The translations under genes were made by a program, and so were the position numbers. This document shows positions 28,479-37,457 of a stretch of 64,000 bases of DNA, piece after piece. Within the stretch, counting starts at the first letter, position 1. Each line of letters opens with the position of its first letter. The DNA comes from Candidatus Eiseniibacteriota bacterium (GTDB taxonomy: Bacteria > Eisenbacteria > RBG-16-71-46), in contig OY970178.1 of assembly GCA_963707915.1 (NCBI GenBank), positions 2,198,103-2,262,102 on the forward strand, written 5' to 3'. The notes under the pieces are model-generated. The model did no database searches. It saw only the letters and a list, made by a program, of their open reading frames with translations, and was not told the DNA's origin.

Positions 28479-29720
28479 GTGAAGGACGCCCCCGCCCCGC
28501 TCGATCCCGCCCGCTACGCCATCGCGGGCGTCGCGCCCCGGTCGGTGTCGCGGCCGGGCACCGCCGACGAGGCGGCCGAGGCGCTGCGCGCGGCCGCCCG
28601 CGACCGGCTCGCCGTCGTGCCGTGGGGCGGTGGCGTGGCGCTGGCGCGGGCGCGCGCGCCGGAGCGTTACGACCTGGCGCTCGACCTCGCGGCGCTCGAC
28701 CGCGTGGTCGAGCACCGGCCGGAGGACATGACCCTCACCGCGGAGTGCGGCGTCACGCTCGGGACGCTGCGCGCCGCGCTCGCCGCGCACCGGCAGGAAC
28801 TGTCGCTCGAGGGCGCGCGGGCGGAGCGCGCGACGCTGGGCGGCACGCTGGCCGCGAACGCCTCCGGCCCGCGGCGGCTGCGCTTCGGCGCCCCGCGCGA
28901 CCGCATCCTGGGCGCCCGCTTCGCGCTGGCCGACGGCACGCTCGCGCGCAGCGGCGGGCGCGTGGTGAAGAACGTGGCGGGCTACGCCGTGCACCGGCTG
29001 CTGTGCGGCTCGCGCGGCGGGCTCGCCGTGCTGCTCGAGGCCAGCCTCAAGCTCGCGCCCGCCCCGGCGCGGCGCGTGGCGCTGGTCTTCGGCGTGGGGG
29101 AACGGGCGCTGCGGGACGCGGACCGCTGGGCGGCGCTGCCGGGGCTCGAGCCGGCGTTGCTCACGGTGGTCGGCCGCGCGCTCGCCGGCGCGCTGCCCGT
29201 GGCGTCCCCCACCGACCCGTTCACCGTGATCGTGGGCCTCGAGGACGACGAGCTCCGCGTGGCCCAGCAGGTCGCGGAGGTCGAGCGCCGGCTGGGCGAG
29301 CCCGACGCGCGGCTCGAGGACGACTCGGCCGCCGCGCTGTGGCAGACGCTCACCGACCTCGAGGACCTCGACGGCGCGCGGCTCGGCTTCACCGGCGCGG
29401 GGAACACGCCCGCGGCGCTCGCGGCGCTGCTCGAGCGTCCCGCGGTCGCGGCCGCGTCGCTGTTCCACGCGGCGGCGGGGCGGCTGCACGTCTACCCCGG
29501 CCGCGGCGAGGCGCCGGGCCTGCTCGGTCCTCTGGCCGAGGCGGGCTTCTCGCTGATCGATGCCGTCCCGGGCGACGGCGACCCCGCGGGCGTCGCCGCG
29601 CTCGAGCCGCCGGTCGCGCCACAGGCCGCGCTGCTCGCGCTGCGTTCCCGCATCCGCGCGGCGCTGGACCCGGCGGGCGTGATGGCGTCCGGGCCGCGCT
29701 GGGAACACGGCGTCCCATGA
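28479..29720 (+). CDS. glcE: Glycolate oxidase FAD-binding subunit GlcE
   Basis: The GTG start is 8 nt after the membrane-protein stop. It is 413 aa with an FAD-binding PCMH fold (VVPWGGGVA, KNVAGY). Confidence 0.8.
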   Translation: MKDAPAPLDPARYAIAGVAPRSVSRPGTADEAAEALRAAARDRLAVVPWGGGVALARARAPERYDLALDLAALDRVVEHRPEDMTLTAECGVTLGTLRAALAAHRQELSLEGARAERATLGGTLAANASGPRRLRFGAPRDRILGARFALADGTLARSGGRVVKNVAGYAVHRLLCGSRGGLAVLLEASLKLAPAPARRVALVFGVGERALRDADRWAALPGLEPALLTVVGRALAGALPVASPTDPFTVIVGLEDDELRVAQQVAEVERRLGEPDARLEDDSAAALWQTLTDLEDLDGARLGFTGAGNTPAALAALLERPAVAAASLFHAAAGRLHVYPGRGEAPGLLGPLAEAGFSLIDAVPGDGDPAGVAALEPPVAPQAALLALRSRIRAALDPAGVMASGPRWEHGVP

Positions 29721-29799
29721 GCCGAAACCGCCTTTCGACGCCGCTCGCCGCCCCCGGCGATCGGCCTCCCCCCGTGCACCGACCTGGAGCGTCCCCGGC

Positions 29800-30195
29800 A
29801 TGCCGCATCTGACCCTCGAGTACTCGAACAACCTGCCCGCGCCGGTGGACTTCGACGGGATCTTCGCCCGCCTGCACGCGACCCTCGCCGAGATCGGGCC
29901 CTTCCCGCTGGCCTGGATCAAGAGCCGCGCCGTCCCGCACGACGTGTTCCGGGTCGGCGCCGGGGCGCCGGAGAGCGTCTTCGTCCACCTGACCGCGTCC
30001 ATCCTGACCGGTCGCGACCTCGAGCAGCGGCGGCGGATCGGCGAACGGCTGCTCCTCGTCCTGCGCGAGGGGTTCGCGCAGGCCTGGGACGGGTGTCCGT
30101 GCGACCTCACCGTGGACGTCCACGAGATGACGCGCGAGACCTACGCGAAGGCGGCGAACGAACGGGCGCAGGCGGCGTCCCCGCCCCCGGGGTGA
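29800..30195 (+). CDS. 5-carboxymethyl-2-hydroxymuconate isomerase (CHMI)-like tautomerase family protein
   Basis: 131 aa, MPHLTLEYSNNL..., matching the tautomerase-superfamily CHMI N-terminus with Pro1 after Met removal. Confidence 0.7.
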   Translation: MPHLTLEYSNNLPAPVDFDGIFARLHATLAEIGPFPLAWIKSRAVPHDVFRVGAGAPESVFVHLTASILTGRDLEQRRRIGERLLLVLREGFAQAWDGCPCDLTVDVHEMTRETYAKAANERAQAASPPPG

Positions 30196-30210
30196 CCCTT
30201 CGGGTCCGGG

Positions 30211-32493
30211 CTAGCGCTGCAGCAGGTACGAGACCTTGAAGAACGCGGTGTGGCCCGTGGCCCGGTTCCGGCCGGCGATCCGGTCGGCGTCGCCGTTGTA
30301 GCCCAGGTAGATCACCGAGCCGGGGTGGATGACGTAGCCGACCAGGGCGTCGGCGTCCAGGTGTCTCGTCTCGGTCTCGTACTGCGGGTAGACGCGCGTG
30401 TAGAGCCGCCGCGTGAACTGCCAGGTGGTCTTCGCGCCCAGCGTCCACACGTCGTAGAGCAGGTCGCGGCCGTGGTCGCGCGAGAACCGGCTGCGGTTCA
30501 CGGCGAGCTCCGCGGTGAGCCGCGGCGACGGCCGAACGCCGGCTTCGACCTCGTACGCCTCGGACCAGCCGCGGAACGAAGTGGCGTCGCTGTCGCCGTA
30601 GTACAGGCCGTCCCCCAGCAGGACCTCCACGTCGAGCGCGAGCGCCTTCCAGGTGGAGTTCTGCGCGAACAGCGACCACACGGTCTTGAGGTAGTCCCGC
30701 GACTGCCAGCGCTCCTGGATGCGTTCCACCATGGTGTGGACCAGGGTCTGCTTCTGGAACCTCCATTCCATCATCGGGCTCACCCACCACTCCTGGAGGC
30801 GGCCGGACCGGTCGTGCATGACGTAGCCCTCGAGCATGGGCTGGATCGAGCGCACGACGGCGCTGTGCGGCCGCACCATGAAGCTGGAGTTCACGCGGGT
30901 CCGGCGCAGGTCCACGCGGCTGAGGAAGCCGGACTCGGCCCGGAAGTCCGGACCCAGGTACTGGTGGAACAGCTGCAGCTCGCGGATGCCGTCGCTGTAG
31001 TCGAACTCCCCGCCGTAGGCGACGTCCTCGCTCGTGTCGCGCCGCCGCTCCCGGCCGACGAGGCCGCCGCCGCCATCGGAGCGGTTCGAGAAACGGAGGG
31101 TGTCGGCGTTCGTCCGGCTCCCTGCGACCTGCCCGTGGAAGAACCAGCGGCGCGACAGGCGCACGTCGGCGTCGGCGGCGAACACGGCGTTCGCGCCGCC
31201 GTCGGGGACGAGGGTCTCGCCGATCACGGCGGGCACGGCGATCTGCCCCGCCCGGTCGCTCTGGTGCAGCGCCACCAGCGCGCCCACGCTCGAGTTCTCG
31301 CCGATCTCCCACGCCGCGCGCCCGAGATGGAACCAGCCCCTGGTCGAGGTGCCCTCGGACGGCCCGCCGCCCACGCCGGCCAGGGAACCGCCGCCGTCGT
31401 CGCGCACCACGAGGCCGCCCAGGCGCACGTGCCCGAGCCGGCCGGTGAGCTTGGTCCCGTAGGCCGGGTCGGCGATGCGCCGCGTGTAGATCAGGTCGAA
31501 GGCGGTGCCGAAGATGTCCCCGCCCTCGAGGAAGAACGGGCGCTTCTCCTCGTACTGCAGCGGATAGCGCTGGTTCACGTCGATCTGCAGCGCGTCGGCC
31601 TCGATCTGGCTGAAGTCGGGGTGGAGCGTGGCGTTGAGCACCATCGTGGAGGACAGCGCGACGCGGGCGTCGAGCCCCATGTCCCCCTGCCGCCGCTCCG
31701 CCCACGGCCCGGCGACCCCGGCGTCGTCGAAGGCGCGCTGCGACGAGAGGGTCGACGCCGCGTAGGGCTGCAGGTCGACCAGGCCGCCGCCTCGCAGGCC
31801 GGCCAGCCCGGTGAGATCGGCCGCCTGCAGCATGACGTCGCCGCCCTCACCCAGTCGGTAGAGCGGCCACGAGCAGACCTCGTCGTTCTTCTGGATCTGG
31901 CGGCGGATCCACAGTCCCCACGTGCCGGGCCCGTTCCCGGGGAAGCGCAGGGTGCGCAGCGGGATCGCCAGCTCCGCGGTCCAACCCGCGCTGTCGCGCG
32001 TGGCCTCGGCGTCCCAGACCCCGTCCCACTGCGTGTCGAGCTCGCCCCCGGTGAAGATGCCGTCGACCTGCACGCCGTACGGGTTGACGCCGAAAGTGAA
32101 GGCCCGGTGCCGGTCGAGGTAGGGGTCGAGGTGCACCCGGATGTTGTCGAGCTCCAGGACCTGGTCGCGCGGCGCCAGGCTGGCGCGGATCGCCCCGGGC
32201 CCGCGGTTCCAGCAGCGGCAGCCGAAGGTGAGGCTCGTCCCGTCGAAGAGCACGCGAACCTCGGTGGACTCGGAGGGCGCCTCGCCCTCGCGGTCCTCGA
32301 TGAGGCGGAAGCCCGAGATCGGGGTGGCGCGCGCCCAGTCGGGCTCGTCGAGCACGCCGTCCACGCGGATGGGGCCGGTCGCGCGCACCGCGGCCGCCTG
32401 CGGGCGCTCGGCCGGGCCCGCGGGCGGGACGAAGACCAGCAGCGCGGCCAGGGCGGCCAGGGCGCCCGGGAGGTGGGGGACGGGACGCGGCAT
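30211..32493 (-). CDS. Large secreted protein of the DUF5916/CBM9-like family (putative outer-membrane beta-barrel/hydrolase)
   Basis: ATG at 32493 with signal peptide LAALAALLVFVPPAGPA, 760 aa. It is rich in alternating beta-strand pattern and ends in an aromatic C-terminus (FKVSYLLQR), which is typical of OM beta-barrels. Confidence 0.65.
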   Translation of the reverse strand: MPRPVPHLPGALAALAALLVFVPPAGPAERPQAAAVRATGPIRVDGVLDEPDWARATPISGFRLIEDREGEAPSESTEVRVLFDGTSLTFGCRCWNRGPGAIRASLAPRDQVLELDNIRVHLDPYLDRHRAFTFGVNPYGVQVDGIFTGGELDTQWDGVWDAEATRDSAGWTAELAIPLRTLRFPGNGPGTWGLWIRRQIQKNDEVCSWPLYRLGEGGDVMLQAADLTGLAGLRGGGLVDLQPYAASTLSSQRAFDDAGVAGPWAERRQGDMGLDARVALSSTMVLNATLHPDFSQIEADALQIDVNQRYPLQYEEKRPFFLEGGDIFGTAFDLIYTRRIADPAYGTKLTGRLGHVRLGGLVVRDDGGGSLAGVGGGPSEGTSTRGWFHLGRAAWEIGENSSVGALVALHQSDRAGQIAVPAVIGETLVPDGGANAVFAADADVRLSRRWFFHGQVAGSRTNADTLRFSNRSDGGGGLVGRERRRDTSEDVAYGGEFDYSDGIRELQLFHQYLGPDFRAESGFLSRVDLRRTRVNSSFMVRPHSAVVRSIQPMLEGYVMHDRSGRLQEWWVSPMMEWRFQKQTLVHTMVERIQERWQSRDYLKTVWSLFAQNSTWKALALDVEVLLGDGLYYGDSDATSFRGWSEAYEVEAGVRPSPRLTAELAVNRSRFSRDHGRDLLYDVWTLGAKTTWQFTRRLYTRVYPQYETETRHLDADALVGYVIHPGSVIYLGYNGDADRIAGRNRATGHTAFFKVSYLLQR

Positions 32494-32649
32494 GCGGCTA
32501 GCTGTTACCACGACCCCGGAGGCGGAATCAAGGCCCCGCGCGGCACGGTCCGGCCGGGCCACCCGGTGCCGGGCCCCGCGCACGGGTTCCGCGCCGGCCC
32601 GTTCGCCTGCTAGCTTCCGCGGCGGAGGGCCCTTCTCAAGGAGGTCGTC

Positions 32650-33654
32650 ATGTCGTGGACCACGCTACTGCCCATCGTCCTGCTCGTCGCGTCCCCCGCC
32701 GCGCCGGGTGCGCCGCCGCGGCCCGCCCCGCTCGCGCACACGTTCTCCATCGTCGCCCGCGACTCCCTCACCGGCGAGCTGGGCGTGGCGGTGCAGTCGC
32801 ACTACTTCTCCGTCGGCCCGAGCGTGCCCTGGGCCGAGGCCGGTGTGGGCGCGGTCGCCACGCAGTCGCTGGTGCTGGTGGACTACGGCCCCAACGGCCT
32901 CGACCTGATGCGCGCCGGGCTCCCGGCGCAGCAGGCGCTCGACTCGCTGCTGCGCGCCGACGCGCACAACGAGGGCCGGCAGGTGGCGATGGTGGACGCG
33001 CGCGGCGGCGTGGCCGCGTACACCGGCCGGGGCTGCATCCCCGACGCGGGGCACCACCGCGGCGCGCAGTACTCCGTGCAGGCGAACCTCATGGCGAACG
33101 ACCGCGTCTGGCCCGCCATGGCGCAGGCGTACGAGAGGACGCCGGGCGACCTGGCCGAGCGGCTGCTCGCCGCGCTCGACGCCGCGCAGCAGGCGGGCGG
33201 CGACCAGCGCGGCCGCCAGTCGGCGGCGATCGTGGTGGTGAAGGCGCGCTCGAGCGGCAAGCCGTGGGCCGACCGGCTCTTCGACCTGCGGGTCGAGGAC
33301 AGCCCGGAGCCGCTCCGCGAGCTGCGGCGGCTGGTGCGCCTGCGGCGCGCCTACCGCCTCGAGGACGCCGGCGACGACGCCATCGCCGGGCAGCGGCCCG
33401 ACGAGGCGCTGCGCGACTACGAGGCGGCGATGAAGCTCGCGCCCGAGGTCGTGGAGCTGCAGTTCTGGGCCGCGGTCTCGATGTACACGAACGGCCGCCG
33501 GCCGGAGGCGCTGCCGCTCTTCCGGAAGGTGTTCGCCCGGGAGGCGCGCTGGGTGCCGCTGGTGGAGCGCCTGTCGAAGGCGGGGCTGTTCCCCGACGAT
33601 CCGAAGCAGGTCGCCGAGGTCCAGGCGCAGGCGGTGAAGGGCGCACGCTGGTGA
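32650..33654 (+). CDS. DUF1028 family protein (Ntn-hydrolase-like)
   Basis: An AAGGAGG RBS precedes the start. It is 334 aa with a signal peptide; the mature N-terminus HTFSIVARD is the Ntn nucleophile-type start typical of DUF1028. A C-terminal TPR-like tail follows. Confidence 0.7.
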   Translation: MSWTTLLPIVLLVASPAAPGAPPRPAPLAHTFSIVARDSLTGELGVAVQSHYFSVGPSVPWAEAGVGAVATQSLVLVDYGPNGLDLMRAGLPAQQALDSLLRADAHNEGRQVAMVDARGGVAAYTGRGCIPDAGHHRGAQYSVQANLMANDRVWPAMAQAYERTPGDLAERLLAALDAAQQAGGDQRGRQSAAIVVVKARSSGKPWADRLFDLRVEDSPEPLRELRRLVRLRRAYRLEDAGDDAIAGQRPDEALRDYEAAMKLAPEVVELQFWAAVSMYTNGRRPEALPLFRKVFAREARWVPLVERLSKAGLFPDDPKQVAEVQAQAVKGARW

Positions 33655-33718
33655 GCAGCATCCTCGACCACGGACCGTCGCGCTTCGCCGAGCGCCGCCC
33701 CCGCGGTAGACTCGGCGG

Positions 33719-35564
33719 CATGTCCGCCCCCACGACGCGCGTGCGTTTCTCGCAGGCGTGGCGCGACGCCCGCGACCTGCTGCGCCAGCACCGGAGCCGG
33801 CTGCTGGTCGGCTTCGGGCTGATGCTGGTGAACCGCGCGGCCGGATTCGTGCTCCCGGCGGCGCCCAAGTTCGTGATCGACGACGCCATCGGGCAGCACC
33901 GTCCCGAGCTGCTGCCGCTGATCGCGCTCGCGCTCGGCGTCGCCACCGTGATCCAGGCCGGGACCTCGTTCGTCCTCTCCCAGCTCCTCGGCGTCGCGGC
34001 CCAGCGCGCCATCACCGACATGCGCAAGAAGGTGATGGCCCACGTCACGCGCCTGCCGGTGCGCTACTTCGACGCCACCCAGACGGGCGTGCTGATCTCG
34101 CGCATCATGACCGACGCCGAGGGCGTGCGGAACCTGGTCGGCACCGGGCTGGTGCAGCTCGCCAGCAGCCTGGTCACCGCGGCGGTCGCGCTGGTCTGGC
34201 TGTTCGCGATCTCCTGGCAGCTCACGCTGCTGAACCTGGTCTTCCTCGCGATCTTCGGCGCCGGGATGACCTTCGCCTTCGGCACGCTGCGGCCGCTGTT
34301 CCGCGAGCGCGGGAAGATCAACGCCGACGTCACCGGCCGGCTGGGCGAGACGCTCAGCGGCGTGCGCGTGGTGAAGGCCTACACCGCCGAGCGTCGCGAG
34401 CAGATCGTCTTCGCCCGCGGGGCGCACCGGCTGTTCCGCAACATCGCGCGCACCATGACCGGCGTCTCGGCGATCGGCGCGGTCTCGGGCGTGATCGCCG
34501 GCGGCATCGGCATCCTCATGATCCTGGTGGGCGGTCCCGCCATCCTCGGCGGCCGCATGACGCTCGGCACCTTCGGCACCTACGTGGCGCTGACCGGGAT
34601 GCTGGCCGCGCCGCTCATCCAGCTCGCCTCGATCGGCACCCAGATGAGCGAGGCCTTCGCCGGGCTCGACCGCATCCGCGAGGTGATGGGCACCCCGACC
34701 GAGCGGGACGGGCAGGGCCCCGGGACGCTCGAGGCCCTGCGCGGCGACATCGCCTTCGAGCACGTCTCGTTCGAGTACACCGCGGGCGAGCCGGTGCTGA
34801 AGGACGTCAGCTTCTCGGCCCCCGCCGGGGCCACGACCGCGCTGGTCGGGTCGAGCGGCTCGGGCAAGAGCACGCTCATCGGCCTGGTCATGGCCTTCAA
34901 CCAGCCGCAGTCGGGGCGCATCCTGGTGGATGGACGCGACCTCGCCGGCCTGCGGCTGGAGGACTACCGCGCGCGCCTGGGGGTGGTGCTGCAGGAGAAC
35001 TTCCTCTTCGACGGCACCATCGCGGAGAACATCGCCTTCTCGCGGCCCGCCGCCGGCCCCGAGGAGATCCGCGCGGTGGCGCACATCGCCCACTGCGACG
35101 AGTTCGCGGAGCGCTTCCCGCAGGGCTTCGACACGGTCGTGGGCGAGCGCGGCATCCGGCTCTCGGGCGGGCAGCGCCAGCGCATCGCCATCGCGCGCGC
35201 CATCCTCGCCGACCCGCGCATCCTGATCCTCGACGAGGCCACCTCGAGCCTCGACTCGGAGAGCGAGCAGATGATCCAGGACGGCCTGCGGCGGCTGCGG
35301 CGCGGGCGCACCACGTTCGTCATCGCGCACCGGCTCTCCACCATCCGCAGCGCCGACCAGATCCTCGTGCTCGAGGCCGGCGCGATCGTCGAGCGCGGCA
35401 CGCACGACGAGCTGTTCGCGCTGGGCGGGCGCTACCGGCAGCTCCACGACAAGCAGTACCAGATCGAGTTCGACCGCTTCATCAACCCGGGCGAGGACTT
35501 CACCCCCGAGCCGGCGGGGCACGAGCCCGCGGCGGCCGGGACGCCCGCGCGGGAGGCCCTGTGA
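33719..35564 (+). CDS. ABC transporter ATP-binding/permease fusion (MsbA-like type I exporter)
   Basis: 615 aa with a six-TM domain followed by an NBD carrying Walker A GSSGSGKST, the LSGGQRQR signature and Walker B ILILDEATS. Confidence 0.9.
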
Positions 35565-36280
35565 GCCGCGCCCGGAACGCCGCGCTCGCCCTCGCCGTCC
35601 TGGGCTGCCTCGCGACCGCCTGCGCGCCGTTCGGCCGGCGCGAGGATGCGCACCTCGCCGTCGTGTCGGCCAGCCGCCGGACCTTCCGCGTCCCCGCGCC
35701 CGCCGGGATGGTCTCGGACCTCGGCCGCGATCCGGGGTCCGACGCGGGCTTCCGCGTCGCCGTGCCGTCGGACCTCGAGATGCTCGCGCACTTCTCGCCC
35801 GAGGACACCGCGTCGGGCGGCTGGCACGCCTCGTTCGAGATGGCGCGCAGCCTGCCGGAGGACGACGCGAGCTCGCAGGCGCTGTTCGCCGAGATGCGCA
35901 AGTTCATGCCGCGGCGCTACGAGCGCGCCCGGGCCGCGGCGCGGCCCGCGATCGCCGCGCTGGCGCAGAGCCTGCGCGCGGGCACCAGCGACCCGGCCGC
36001 GGCGGACGTCGCGGTCCTGCCGCGCGAGCAGGTGCCCATCACCATCACCCGGGACGACGCGCAGGCCATCATCGGCTTCGCGCTGATCGGCATGCCCGAG
36101 TCGGCCGACGGCCTCACCGGCCCCCGCGCCGCGCTGGTCGGCACCGCCGTGCTGCTGCTGAAGAATCGGGTCAGCTACCTGTACTACGTGGGCCGACTGC
36201 CGGCCCAGGGCGCCCCCCTGGCCCGGATCCAGCCGGCCCTCGAGGCCTGGACCGCAGAGGTGCTGGCCGCCAACCGGTAG
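35561..36280 (+). CDS. Hypothetical lipoprotein
   Basis: The GTG start overlaps the ABC stop. It has a signal peptide with lipobox LAVLGC and is 239 aa with no recognisable domain. Confidence 0.55.
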   Translation: MSRARNAALALAVLGCLATACAPFGRREDAHLAVVSASRRTFRVPAPAGMVSDLGRDPGSDAGFRVAVPSDLEMLAHFSPEDTASGGWHASFEMARSLPEDDASSQALFAEMRKFMPRRYERARAAARPAIAALAQSLRAGTSDPAAADVAVLPREQVPITITRDDAQAIIGFALIGMPESADGLTGPRAALVGTAVLLLKNRVSYLYYVGRLPAQGAPLARIQPALEAWTAEVLAANR

Positions 36281-36365
36281 GACGGCGGGCTCATCCGGCA
36301 GCGCGCATCGTCAGGGCCGTGCAATCCGCGTGCGCCGCGCGCGGACCCGGGGCATCTATCCCTCC

Positions 36366-37394
36366 ATGAGACCCCTTCGACTCGCCGTCCTCGCACTCGC
36401 CACGCTCGCCCCGGCCCTGGCGCCCATGCCGGGCGCCGGCGCGGAGCGCCGCCAGGAGCCCCCCGTGCCCACGACCACCAGCACCTCCCTGCCCGCGGTC
36501 GGGCAGCCCGCGCCCGACTTCACGCTGCCCTCGACCACGGGCCACGACGTCACGCTCTCGCGATTCCGTGGCCGGACCGTCGTGCTCTACTTCTACCCGA
36601 AGGACGAGACGCCGGGCTGCACCAAGGAAGCCTGCGACTTCCGCGATCACACCGCCGACCTCGAGAAGGCCGGCGTCGTGGTGCTGGGCGTGTCGAACGA
36701 CGACCTGAAGTCGCACCGGCACTTCCAGTCGAAGGAGAAGCTCCCCTTCCCGCTGCTCGCGGACGTGGACGCGAAGGTGTCCAGGCTCTACGGCGTCTAC
36801 GGCCGGCAGAGCGTCGTCGGCATCCCCTACACCGGCATCGCCCGCACGACCTTCGTGATCGGCCGGGACGGGCGCATCGCGCGCGTCTGGCCGAAGGTGA
36901 GCGTCAACGGCCACGTCGAGGAGGTGCTGGAGTTCGTCCGCGCCGGCGAGCCCGCCGGGGCGACCGGGGGCCCGGCCGAGCCCGCCCACGACGACCCGGC
37001 GAGGATCGTGAGGAGCGATGCCGAGTGGCGCGGCATCCTCACGCCCGAGCAGTACCGCGTGCTGCGCGGCGCGGACACCGAGCTCGCCTGCTCGGGCAAG
37101 TACTGGAACGAGCACCGGCACGGCATCTACCGCTGCGCGGCCTGCGGCTACGACCTGTTCGATTCGAAGACCAAGTTCGACTCGGGCACCGGCTGGCCCA
37201 GCTTCTGGTCGCCGATCTCGGCCGCGCGCCTGCAGGTCGTGAAGGACACCACCCTGGGCATGGAACGCGAGGAGGTGCGCTGCGCCCGCTGCGGCTCCCA
37301 CCTCGGCCACGTCTTCGGCGACGGCCCGAAGCCGACCGGGCAGCGCTACTGCATGAACTCGCTGGCGCTGAGTTTCGTCGAGACGCGGAAGTAG
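36366..37394 (+). CDS. Secreted bifunctional peroxiredoxin (Bcp-type)/methionine-R-sulfoxide reductase MsrB fusion
   Basis: It has a signal peptide MRPLRLAVLALATLAPALA. The Bcp domain carries peroxidatic Cys in PGCTKEAC. The MsrB domain has Zn-binding CxxC pairs (CAACGYDLF ... CARCGSHLGHVF) and the catalytic RYCMNS. Confidence 0.8.
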   Translation: MRPLRLAVLALATLAPALAPMPGAGAERRQEPPVPTTTSTSLPAVGQPAPDFTLPSTTGHDVTLSRFRGRTVVLYFYPKDETPGCTKEACDFRDHTADLEKAGVVVLGVSNDDLKSHRHFQSKEKLPFPLLADVDAKVSRLYGVYGRQSVVGIPYTGIARTTFVIGRDGRIARVWPKVSVNGHVEEVLEFVRAGEPAGATGGPAEPAHDDPARIVRSDAEWRGILTPEQYRVLRGADTELACSGKYWNEHRHGIYRCAACGYDLFDSKTKFDSGTGWPSFWSPISAARLQVVKDTTLGMEREEVRCARCGSHLGHVFGDGPKPTGQRYCMNSLALSFVETRK

Positions 37395-37457
37395 GCCCCG
37401 ACCCGTCCGGGCACGCGGCGGGGCATCGCGGGCCCCCGCGCCCGCCCCTGTGCTAGC

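Noticed and set aside
30194-30206. A 5-bp hairpin GACCC-ttc-GGGTC between the convergent tautomerase and DUF5916 genes
   Set aside because: It is too short and weak to call a terminator. It overlaps the tautomerase stop codon and has no U-tract.
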